A stretch of DNA of 64,000 nucleotides. Source: Anaerolineae bacterium (lineage in GTDB: Bacteria; Chloroflexota; Anaerolineae; B4-G1). The notes under the pieces are model-generated. The model did not search any database, was not told the DNA's origin, and was given only the letters and a program-made list of their open reading frames with translations. Positions 9,609 through 18,206 of this stretch are shown one piece after another; position 1 is the stretch's first letter; each line of letters opens with the position of its first letter. Where the stretch lies: positions 736 to 64,735 of the forward strand of contig JBHIET010000007.1 of assembly GCA_046760785.1 (NCBI GenBank), read 5' to 3'. The translations under genes were made by a program, and so were the position numbers.

Positions 9609-9650
9609 ATTCTTGATTCTGTCTCGCGAAATCATACCGGGAGGTGCGCC

Positions 9651-11267
9651 ATGGTGAATCTCTTATTGCGCTCAACGCTCGTGCTGGCTCTGCTGTTCGG
9701 CCTGCTGTTCGCCGTCGGGATGATGGTGGTTGCCTACCTAGATCTCCCCATCTGGGTGGCAATCGCTTTCGCCCTCGGCACTCTAGCCCTCCAATACATC
9801 CTCGGTCCAACCGTCATCGAGTGGATCTACAAGATTCGCTGGGTCGAGCCGGAACGGGTAAGCCCAGAGTTGGCACGATTCACCAAAGAGACGTGTGCCC
9901 GCCGGAACTTCCCCGTCCCCCGCTTCGGCGTTATTGACGACGGCAATCCCAACGCCTTCACCTTCGGTCACTATCCTGGTGACGCCCGCCTGGTCGTCAC
10001 TAGAGGGCTTCTAGAAATGCTGGCCCCGGCTGAGGTGAACGGCGTCGTGGGCCATGAACTGGGCCACATCGCCCATTGGGATTTCGTGGTGATGACGGTG
10101 GCGGCTGCTGTGCCGCTGCTGCTGTACATCTTCGCCCGCTTCGCCTGGGGTGCAGGGCGAGGCCGCAGACAGCGCAGCAAAGGCAGCGGATACATCGCGC
10201 TGGTGGGCTTGATCGCCTACGTGGCTTACTTCGTCAGCCAGTACATTGTGCTGGTCCTCTCGCGGGTGCGCGAGTATTACGCCGACCGCTTCTCGGGCGA
10301 GGTGACCGGGCAGCCTGACTCTCTGGCGCGGGCATTAGTCAAGATTGCCTACGGGCTGGCCCGTGCGCCTCAGGAAGGCAGGAAGAAGGACGACACCCGT
10401 ATGGTCGCCGGGCGTGCTTTCGGCATCTTCGACCCGAAGGTGGCCCAGGCGCTGGCCCTGTCCGGGGCCGGCACAGGCGTGGTCTCGACCGCTGCGATGA
10501 CCGACGCGATGAGGTGGGATCTGTGGAACCCGTGGGCCAGGTGGTACGAACTCTCCTCCTCCCACCCACTGCCGGCCAAACGTATCCGCGCCCTCGAAAA
10601 GCAGACCGAGACACTGCATCAGATGCCCAGTTTCAGTTTCCGCGCCGAGCAGCCGGAGAGCTACTGGGATGAGTTCCTGGTGGATTTCGCGATAAACAGC
10701 CTGTCGGGGCTGGGCTTCCTGGTGGGTGTGGGAATCGCAATGGCGGGTATGGCAGCTAGTCTGCCGCTGGCTGGCGTGGGAGTGGGGCTTCTGGCCTGGG
10801 GCGCTGCCTGGTGGCTCAAGCGGCGCTTCGTCTACCCCCGCAACCTGAGCCAGCCACGCACGGTGAGCGAATTGGTAAGCGAGGTAAAGGTCAGCCGCGT
10901 GCGCGCCGTGCCTGGGACGCTGCAGGGGCGCATCATCGGCAAGGGTATCCCGGGTCTGTACTGGAGCGAGGACCTGGTTCTGCAAGATCGGTCCGGCTAC
11001 ATCGTGCTCGACTACCGGCAGCCAGCGCGGCTGTGGGAGACGCTGTTCGGATTGCTGCGGGCGGATAGCCTGATCGGCATGACGGGCAAGGCGCGAGGTT
11101 GGTTCCGCCGCGCCCCTCGCCCATTCTTCGAGTTGCGCGAGCTGGAGTTGGAGGACGGTCGGGTCATCAAGACTTACGTCTACCCGCTGGGTGAGCTCGC
11201 TAACTACGCACTCCTGGCCATGGGCATGCTGGCATTGGTGGCGCAGATGGCGGCATCGGTGATGTAG
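9651..11267 (+). CDS. M48-family (HtpX-like) membrane zinc metalloprotease with an extended C-terminal membrane domain
   Basis: Contains the HELGHIAHWD HExxH motif and multiple TM helices. Start at MVNLLLRS after GGGAGG. Confidence 0.8.
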   Translation: MVNLLLRSTLVLALLFGLLFAVGMMVVAYLDLPIWVAIAFALGTLALQYILGPTVIEWIYKIRWVEPERVSPELARFTKETCARRNFPVPRFGVIDDGNPNAFTFGHYPGDARLVVTRGLLEMLAPAEVNGVVGHELGHIAHWDFVVMTVAAAVPLLLYIFARFAWGAGRGRRQRSKGSGYIALVGLIAYVAYFVSQYIVLVLSRVREYYADRFSGEVTGQPDSLARALVKIAYGLARAPQEGRKKDDTRMVAGRAFGIFDPKVAQALALSGAGTGVVSTAAMTDAMRWDLWNPWARWYELSSSHPLPAKRIRALEKQTETLHQMPSFSFRAEQPESYWDEFLVDFAINSLSGLGFLVGVGIAMAGMAASLPLAGVGVGLLAWGAAWWLKRRFVYPRNLSQPRTVSELVSEVKVSRVRAVPGTLQGRIIGKGIPGLYWSEDLVLQDRSGYIVLDYRQPARLWETLFGLLRADSLIGMTGKARGWFRRAPRPFFELRELELEDGRVIKTYVYPLGELANYALLAMGMLALVAQMAASVM

Positions 11268-11300
11268 GTACTACGATGGAGCAATTCGATCTCAGGCAAT

Positions 11301-11483
11301 ATGCTGATGCATTGGGAGGAGAGTTGTTCAGTAGACATAACCCTTATCGTGGAGCGCTTGAACGTCATCACAAACAGCGTGAAAGCCTTGCGGGAACTTC
11401 GCCCTCTGACGTATGACGAATTCGCTACTTTCGCTCGCTATGTGAGTGAGTGGCTACAGATACACGTAGAGGAAGGAGAGTAA
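11301..11483 (+). CDS. Short ORF resembling the N-terminal part of a DUF86/HepT-like protein (possible remnant)
   Basis: 60 aa with DITLIVERLNVITNSVKALRELRPLTYDEF, in a locally low-GC stretch. It is too short to carry the RX4HXY motif. Confidence 0.3.
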   Translation: MLMHWEESCSVDITLIVERLNVITNSVKALRELRPLTYDEFATFARYVSEWLQIHVEEGE

Positions 11484-11484
11484 C

Positions 11485-12315
11485 ATGCTAAAAGCCCACT
11501 GGCATGGCTACGAAATTGACTCATCGGAGGCTGCCTACGAGGTCCAGGTACCCCAGCCCGAGCAACTGGGCGCGCTGGTGCGGGGATTGCTCACCTCTGG
11601 CTACTTCGTCCGCTCCTACTACCTGCTCTTTCAGGAGCCGCTGACCTGGCTGCGTGACTTTATCACCACCCGGGGCGAGACGGAGGACAAACTGGCAGCC
11701 AAGACACTGGAGCACCTGGAGAAGCAAATCGCCAAGTTTGACCCCGATAGCTGGAAAGCCAGCCGCATCGGCGTGCAGGCCATCGAGCCTATCCTCAACT
11801 ACGTCGGCACCCACCAGCAGGAACTCCTGGAGGCCGAGACCTTCCGCTTTGGACTGACCGAGGAGCAGAAGGAGACGTACGAGGACTACGGCTACGACGA
11901 GGAGTTCGAGCCCGGCAGCCTGGTGGAGGAGGAGGACTACTACTCTGAGGACGAGATCCCCCTCGATGGCGTCGCCCTCTTCCTGGGCTGCTCTCTGGTG
12001 CCGGCCAGCAAACTCGAGTCCCGCGAGGCCAAGCGGGCCTATAAGCTCGTGCACGATAAGTACGAGCAGGTCGGACTGCTAGATGAACTGGTCGGGATGG
12101 GCTCCTTCATGGGCCACGGGCCGCGCGACTACGTACAGGAGGACATCAACCGCCGCCACAACATCACGCTGCGGGCACGCCTCAACCCCGACGCCACTCT
12201 CACCGTCACCGGCCGCTGGATGGACGACGGTCAGTTCATCTTCCCCTACTACGACTACCTCCTGGGGCGGGCGGCGAAGAAGGCCGGGATGAAGATTGGG
12301 ACATACTGTCTCTAA
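11485..12315 (+). CDS. Hypothetical acidic protein, translationally coupled to the radical SAM gene
   Basis: 276 aa, preceded by a GGAAGGAGAG RBS. The stop overlaps the next start (TAATG at 12313-12317). I recognise no family. Confidence 0.6.
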   Translation: MLKAHWHGYEIDSSEAAYEVQVPQPEQLGALVRGLLTSGYFVRSYYLLFQEPLTWLRDFITTRGETEDKLAAKTLEHLEKQIAKFDPDSWKASRIGVQAIEPILNYVGTHQQELLEAETFRFGLTEEQKETYEDYGYDEEFEPGSLVEEEDYYSEDEIPLDGVALFLGCSLVPASKLESREAKRAYKLVHDKYEQVGLLDELVGMGSFMGHGPRDYVQEDINRRHNITLRARLNPDATLTVTGRWMDDGQFIFPYYDYLLGRAAKKAGMKIGTYCL

Positions 12316-13603
12316 TGCCCAGCCTCTCGCCTCACACTGTTATACGGCCTGAACCGAACGGAGCATTGCTTTTCCAGCAAGAGACCGCCGAGACGGCTCT
12401 GCTGGATCTGGAGGGATTGGACGCGCTCTACTTCCTGCTCAAGGGGGAACTGCGCGACTACCCGCCGTTCTTCGTCGCCTACCTACGGGCACATCGCTTC
12501 GTGGTAGAAGCTCACCCCGACGGCTCCCTGGAGCGAGTGGCGGCAGTGCGCGACGCGGCTCCCACGGCGATGGCCCCACCTCGCGCACTGGCTGCTCCGG
12601 AGACCATTCACTTTTCCGTCACCGGCCGCTGCGACCAGGCGTGTGCTGGCTGCCTCTACTCCGCCCGGCCCGGCTCCGGAGTCGCGCCGACCGACGCGCC
12701 CTTTGAGCTGTTCGAACGCATCGTCCGCCAGGCAGCGGAGGCCCGTGTCTTCCAGATGGCCCTGGGCGGCGGCGAGCCGCTGCTGCACAGTCGCCCTCTC
12801 GATATGGTGCGCCTGGCTCGTCAAAGCGGTATCGTACCTAACCTCACGACCAACGGCAACCTCCTGACAGTCGAGGTAGCGGCTGCGCTGAAGAAGGCCG
12901 GGCTGGGCCAGGCACAGATCTCCCTCAACGGCGCGTCGGAGAGGACGAACAGCGCCACCCGCCCCAACTTTACCGGGGCGCTGCAGGCAGTCGAGGCCTG
13001 CCGTGAGGCAGGTCTGCGCTTCGGCCTCAACGTCCTGCTCACCCGCAGCAACCTGCCTGACCTGGAAGCGGTCATCCGCCTAGGGCAGCATAAGCGCGCG
13101 GCCACCGTCAACCTTCTGCGTCCCAAGCCTCCACTACCGGGGGTGACTGGTTGGAGCGCGAGTCCCCCACCTCCGCCGACTACCGAAAAATGTCCCACCT
13201 CCTGCGCCATCCAGTATCCAGTACCCAGCATCCAGCAACAAGAATCACCATACACGCCTCCCTCACCTTCCTCCTCACCGACCGCTCACCTCAGACACTC
13301 TACCGTGCTGGCGTGTGGGGCTGCTCGGCGGCTCGCGAGTTCGTCACCGTGACACAGAAGGGAGACGTGCTTCCGTACAGCCACGTGCGCTGGTCGGACG
13401 TGGGCGATGGCGACGTGATACGCGCCTGGCGAAAGTCGGCTGTCCTCGCCCGCTTTCGAGATCTGGAGGACGTGATGCGCGGGCCGTGCCGCGCTTGCGA
13501 CCACCTCAATCTATGCCGGGGCTGCCCGGCAGTGGTGATGGCCTTCGGCGGCGAATTCGGCGACTCCGACCCCCACTGCCCCCGGCAAGCCGAGGGAAGC
13601 TGA
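12315..13603 (+). pseudogene. Radical SAM/SPASM maturase with an N-terminal PqqD-like (RRE) domain, interrupted by a 1-nt frameshift
   Basis: Contains the CDQACAGC (CX3CX2C) motif, GGGEPLL, and a C-terminal SPASM-like WGCSAAREFVTVTQKGDVLPYSH...CRACDHLNLCRGCP...DPHCP. The two halves sit in track ORFs 12315-13352 and 13151-13603. The frames join if one G is added to the G5 run at 13139-13143. Confidence 0.75.
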
Positions 13604-13724
13604 GCTGTCTTCTGCCTATTTAGACGCCGGCACACGACGATCTGACATCGCGTTGTGACTTTGCGTTGGCGCTGCTCTGGTGTACAATATCACGGCTTCC
13701 AACATCTGATTAAGGAGGACTAAA

Positions 13725-14156
13725 ATGCTGAAAGCAGGACTTATCGGTGCAGGAGTTGGTTTCGTACTGGCGATTATCGCCGCAGTGCTCACACCTCTCT
13801 GCAACCCCTGTGTGGCGCTTTTGTTGGGACTCGGCGTCGGCGTGCTGGCCGCTGTATGGGAGCGTCCCGCCACGTCGGGAGCTGGTGCCGGTGAAGGGGC
13901 CAAGGCCGGTGCCATCGCCAGTGTGGGCAGCCTGATAGGACAGATGGTCGGTGCCGTCATCAACGGCTTCATCGTGGGGCCCGAAACCCTGGCCAATCTC
14001 TACCGCCAATTTGACATCCCGGTGCCTACTGCTCAAAGTTACTGGATCTATAACCTTGGCGGCAACTGCCTGTGCGCCGTGGTGAACGTCGCGTTGGGAG
14101 CTGCGCTGGGCGCTGTGGGTGGCCTGCTGTGGCATCAAATCAGCGGGAAGGACTAG
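13725..14156 (+). CDS. Gly/Ala-rich integral membrane protein
   Basis: 143 aa with about four hydrophobic helices. A TAAGGAGG RBS lies 7 nt upstream. Confidence 0.65.
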   Translation: MLKAGLIGAGVGFVLAIIAAVLTPLCNPCVALLLGLGVGVLAAVWERPATSGAGAGEGAKAGAIASVGSLIGQMVGAVINGFIVGPETLANLYRQFDIPVPTAQSYWIYNLGGNCLCAVVNVALGAALGAVGGLLWHQISGKD

Positions 14157-14241
14157 CCTCCTCCCGCCGGGTTACCCGATCGAGGGGGCATACTGGAGCG
14201 TCTCGCCTAATCAGACCGGCTATGTCGAAAGGACAACGAGT

Positions 14242-15399
14242 ATGTCGAATGGCAAACTGACGATTCAATCGGTGCAAACACCTGAAGAACGACTGGCGTT
14301 CATCTACTTCCAGTGGGAAGTCTACCGCGACGATCCCAACTGGGTGCCCCCCCTCATCTCCGAACGGGTGGAGTTCCTCGACAAAGAGCGCCACCCGTTC
14401 CACCGGCACTCGGAGGTCGAGCTCTTTATGGCTCGCCGTGACGGTAAGCCCGTGGGCACCATCGCCGCCATCCTGAACAACCGGCACAACGAGTTTCACG
14501 CAGAGCGGGTGGGCTTCTTCGGCCTCTTCGAGGTGCTGCGGGATCAGGAGGCAGCGCAGGCGCTGCTGGAGACCGCCTGCGACTGGGTGCGAGGAAAGGG
14601 TATGACCGCCATCCGTGGCCCGGCCAACTTCTCCACCAACGAGGAGGTCAGCCTGCTGGTGGACGGCTGGGACGGCCCGCCGGTCATCATGATGACCTAC
14701 AACCCGCGCTACTACGTGGATTTCATCGAGAGTGCCGGGTTCCACAAGGCGATGGACCTGCTGGCCTACATCCTGGACCTGACTCAGTTCGGGCCGCACG
14801 GGGAGAACCTGCCACCGAAATTGCTCCGTGTGACCAAGAAGATCGAGCAGCGCGGGGGCTTCACCGTGCGCCCGGTAGATATGCGCGATTTTGATCGGGA
14901 GGTGGCCCGCTTCAAGCGCATCTACAACTCAGCCTGGGAGAAGAACTGGGGCTTTGTGCCCATGACCGATGCCGAGATTGACCACACCGCCGCCGGGCTG
15001 AGGCAAATCCTCGACCCCGACATCGTCTGGTTTGCCGAAAAGAATGGCGAGCCTATCGGCGCGATGCTCCCCCTCCCCGACCTGAACCAGGCATTGATTC
15101 GAGCCTACCCCCGCCCCGGCGTGCCGGAGTGGTGGACGATGGCCAAACTCATCTGGTACTGGAAGGTGCGCCGTTGCGTGGACACCATGCGCGGTTTCGC
15201 CGGTGGAGTGTTGGAGCCGCACCGGGGAAGGGGTGTGGAGGCTGTGCTCATGGTGAAGATGGCCGAGGTCGCCCTCCCCCGCTACCGCCGGGCGGAGATC
15301 TCGTGGGTTCTGGAAAACAATATGATGATGCGCCGCACGGCCGAGATGCTGGGCGCACAGGTGTATCGCATCTACCGCGTCTACGAAAAGGAAGTGTAG
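14242..15399 (+). CDS. Putative GNAT-like N-acyltransferase
   Basis: Start at MSNGKLTIQS. The family assignment comes from the general pattern (FGLFEV..., RGRGVEAVLM) and is only moderate. Confidence 0.55.
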   Translation: MSNGKLTIQSVQTPEERLAFIYFQWEVYRDDPNWVPPLISERVEFLDKERHPFHRHSEVELFMARRDGKPVGTIAAILNNRHNEFHAERVGFFGLFEVLRDQEAAQALLETACDWVRGKGMTAIRGPANFSTNEEVSLLVDGWDGPPVIMMTYNPRYYVDFIESAGFHKAMDLLAYILDLTQFGPHGENLPPKLLRVTKKIEQRGGFTVRPVDMRDFDREVARFKRIYNSAWEKNWGFVPMTDAEIDHTAAGLRQILDPDIVWFAEKNGEPIGAMLPLPDLNQALIRAYPRPGVPEWWTMAKLIWYWKVRRCVDTMRGFAGGVLEPHRGRGVEAVLMVKMAEVALPRYRRAEISWVLENNMMMRRTAEMLGAQVYRIYRVYEKEV

Positions 15400-15402
15400 A
15401 GT

Positions 15403-16683
15403 ATGCCGGTCAATCCGTCATCCTCTCGCCCGCCAGACCAACAACAGGCGGTCTACGAACTGTTCCGCAACCGCAACTTCAGATTGCTCTGGGCCGGGCA
15501 GTTACTCTCCCAGATCGGCGATCAGTGTCTGCTGATCGCAGCGATCACGTTGATCTCGAGTCTCTCCCGGTCGCCGTGGGCCATGCTCATCCCTGTGATC
15601 TCGATCGCCATCCCACAGCTTGTCTTCGGGTTGGTGGGCGGTGTGGCGGCCGACCGCTGGAACCGCAAACTGACGATGATCGGATCCGACGTCTTGCGCG
15701 GGCTCATCGTCCTCAGTATTCTCCTCGTCAGCGGCGTCCAGTCCCTCTGGATCCTCTACCTTGCGGCAGCGGGCCTGGCCTTTGTGGGCGTCTTCTTCTA
15801 CCCGGCGCGCAATGCCGCCATTCCCAACATCGTCCCGCCGGGGTTGCTCCTGGCGGCCAACGGCCTGATCCAGGGCAGTTACATCGTCGCCCTGATCGTG
15901 GGGCCGGTCATCGCTGGTGTGGCAGTCGAGCTATGGATGCCATCAGCCATCATCTTTGATAGCGCGACCTTCTTCGTCTCCGCGATCATCCTCGCCGTGC
16001 TCAAGATTCCCCACACGGTTCCAGAGCCATCATACACAGCCGGGGAAAAAAGTGTCTGGGAGGATATGAAGATCGGGCTCGATTTCATCCGTCACAACCG
16101 CGCCCTGAACCAGGTACTGGTCATCACGGCCATCGCTACCCTGGGGATCGGCGCGATCGTGCTGCTGGCCATCCCCCACCTGCAGGCGCAGTTGGGGGCC
16201 GGCGGCCTGGAATACGGAGTCGCGATGAGCGTACTCGGCCTGGGCTCTGTGCTGGGCGGACTGATGGTCAACCGGCTGTCGCGGCGGCTTCCAACCAGCA
16301 CCATCGTGGGTGGGATGCTGGTCATGGGAGGAGCCGCCATTGTCACCTTCGCCTTCGCACCGAACTACAGTGTCGTATTGGCCAGCGTCGCCGTCATCGG
16401 TCTGTGCGTTGTGGTTGCCCGTGGGGCGCTGGATACGATCTCACAGGCGCTTTCACCCGACGTGGTGCGAGGACGGGTGCAAGCGGCGGTCAATCTGCTC
16501 GTCGTCGCCGCCACCGCTGTAGCTGAGGGGCTCGCAGCTCTGCTCGGTTCCCTGCTCGGAGTGCAGACCGTCTTTGTGGCGGCTGGGATCGTGACGACGC
16601 TGACCGGCGTGGCGGCGATCTTCGTCCTGCGCGGCGCAGCCCGGCTGGTGAGCAGAGGGATGGTGGTGAGGGAGGTGGCGTAA
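15403..16683 (+). CDS. MFS transporter
   Basis: 426 aa with about 12 TM helices. Contains the GGVAADRWNRK loop 2-3 motif. Confidence 0.85.
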   Translation: MPVNPSSSRPPDQQQAVYELFRNRNFRLLWAGQLLSQIGDQCLLIAAITLISSLSRSPWAMLIPVISIAIPQLVFGLVGGVAADRWNRKLTMIGSDVLRGLIVLSILLVSGVQSLWILYLAAAGLAFVGVFFYPARNAAIPNIVPPGLLLAANGLIQGSYIVALIVGPVIAGVAVELWMPSAIIFDSATFFVSAIILAVLKIPHTVPEPSYTAGEKSVWEDMKIGLDFIRHNRALNQVLVITAIATLGIGAIVLLAIPHLQAQLGAGGLEYGVAMSVLGLGSVLGGLMVNRLSRRLPTSTIVGGMLVMGGAAIVTFAFAPNYSVVLASVAVIGLCVVVARGALDTISQALSPDVVRGRVQAAVNLLVVAATAVAEGLAALLGSLLGVQTVFVAAGIVTTLTGVAAIFVLRGAARLVSRGMVVREVA

Positions 16684-16752
16684 CGCCGAGCATAGTATAC
16701 AGGGATCGCCGGTCCCAACTACCATTAACTGGTGATGTCAGGAGGTGCAACG

Positions 16753-18198
16753 ATGACCGGACCTTTCTCCCCACAGGTGCTCAGTGAGGAGGAAATCGCC
16801 TCGCTGCTGAGCCAGGTCAGTGACGAGGAGGTTGCCCACGCCCGCCAATTCTCGCTCACTCCGCTCAAGAGCACTATCCTCTATCGTGGCGAGCCGGGCG
16901 GCGCCGTCGTGCACGACGACGAGGGCAACACCTACATTGACTGCACCGCCCAGGCGTGGACGCTGAACGTCGGCTATTGCAACCCTGACGTGCTGGCAGC
17001 CGCGGTCGAGCAGATGAAATATCTCACCCACGTCCGTTATGGCTACCCCACCATCCCACGCATCAAACTGATCAACCGTCTCTCAACCCTCTTCCCCGGC
17101 GAAACCCGCAAAGTCTGCCTCAACATCCAGGGCGGCGGCGCGGCGATTGAGGCGGCGATGAAACTGGCGATGATCAACAAACCCGGCGCTGACATCTTCC
17201 TGGTCGCCTCACGTGGGTACCACGGCGCGTCACTGGCGACGATCACCGCCAGCCAATACTTCCCCCTCCTCACCCGCTTCCCCTGCTTGGGGCGCGACCA
17301 GTTCGTCTGCTTCGCCTACCCCTACTGCTACCGCTGTCCCCTGGGCCTCCCCTCTCCCACTGGGGGAGGGGGCTGTGGATTGGCCTGCCTCGATCTGGTG
17401 GAGCAGGCAATCCGCCATGCCAGTGGTTCCGTCGCCGGCCTGATCATCGAGCCGATGCAAGGGGCGGGCGGCCAGGTGCCCACTCCACCTGGCTACCTCG
17501 CCGGCCTGCAAGAACTCTGCCGCCGGCACGATATCTTTCTGATCTTCGACGAGTGTCAGACCGCGTTCGGGCGCATCGGCGCGATGAGCGCGGCGGAGTA
17601 TTATGGCGTGATGCCCGATATGTTCGTGCTCTCCAAGGGGCTGGGAGGCGGCTTCCCCATCGGCGCGCTGGTGGCGCGGGCTGATCTCCTGGGCTTCACT
17701 ATGGTTGAGGAACACACCACCTTCGGCTCCGACCCGCTGCCGTTTGCGGCCGCGCTGGCCAATATCGAGGTCATCGAGCGCGCGAGGCTGTGCGAGCGGG
17801 CGCGGGCCCTGGGCGAGAAGGCCACCGCCTACCTGCGCCAACTGCAAGAGGAAATCGAGACCATCGGCGACGTGCGCGGCCCGGGGCTTTTCATCGGCGT
17901 CGAACTGGTGGAGGACCGCGAGAGCAAGGTCCCGGCGACGGAGCGGGCGGCTGCCTTCGTCGAGCTGGCGAAGAAACTCGGCGTCATCTTCGATCTCAGC
18001 ATGCCCGAAATCGTGGACGGAAAGCCCACAATGCGCAACGTCGTCAAGATCAAGCCGCCGCTGACCATCAACGACGAGCAGTTGGACCGGGTGCTGGAGA
18101 CGTTCAAATTCTGTCTAGAGCAGGTCTCCCAGATCCCAGCGGATATGAAAGAGATGATCCTGCAAAAGATGATCGCTGAAGCAATTCCTGAGGGCTAG
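16753..18198 (+). CDS. Class III (omega) PLP-dependent aminotransferase
   Basis: Contains QGGGAAIEAAMKLA, DECQTAFGRIG and SKGLGGGFPIG (PLP lysine). AGGAGG lies 8 nt upstream of the ATG at 16753. Confidence 0.85.
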   Translation: MTGPFSPQVLSEEEIASLLSQVSDEEVAHARQFSLTPLKSTILYRGEPGGAVVHDDEGNTYIDCTAQAWTLNVGYCNPDVLAAAVEQMKYLTHVRYGYPTIPRIKLINRLSTLFPGETRKVCLNIQGGGAAIEAAMKLAMINKPGADIFLVASRGYHGASLATITASQYFPLLTRFPCLGRDQFVCFAYPYCYRCPLGLPSPTGGGGCGLACLDLVEQAIRHASGSVAGLIIEPMQGAGGQVPTPPGYLAGLQELCRRHDIFLIFDECQTAFGRIGAMSAAEYYGVMPDMFVLSKGLGGGFPIGALVARADLLGFTMVEEHTTFGSDPLPFAAALANIEVIERARLCERARALGEKATAYLRQLQEEIETIGDVRGPGLFIGVELVEDRESKVPATERAAAFVELAKKLGVIFDLSMPEIVDGKPTMRNVVKIKPPLTINDEQLDRVLETFKFCLEQVSQIPADMKEMILQKMIAEAIPEG

Positions 18199-18206
18199 AT
18201 ACCTCA

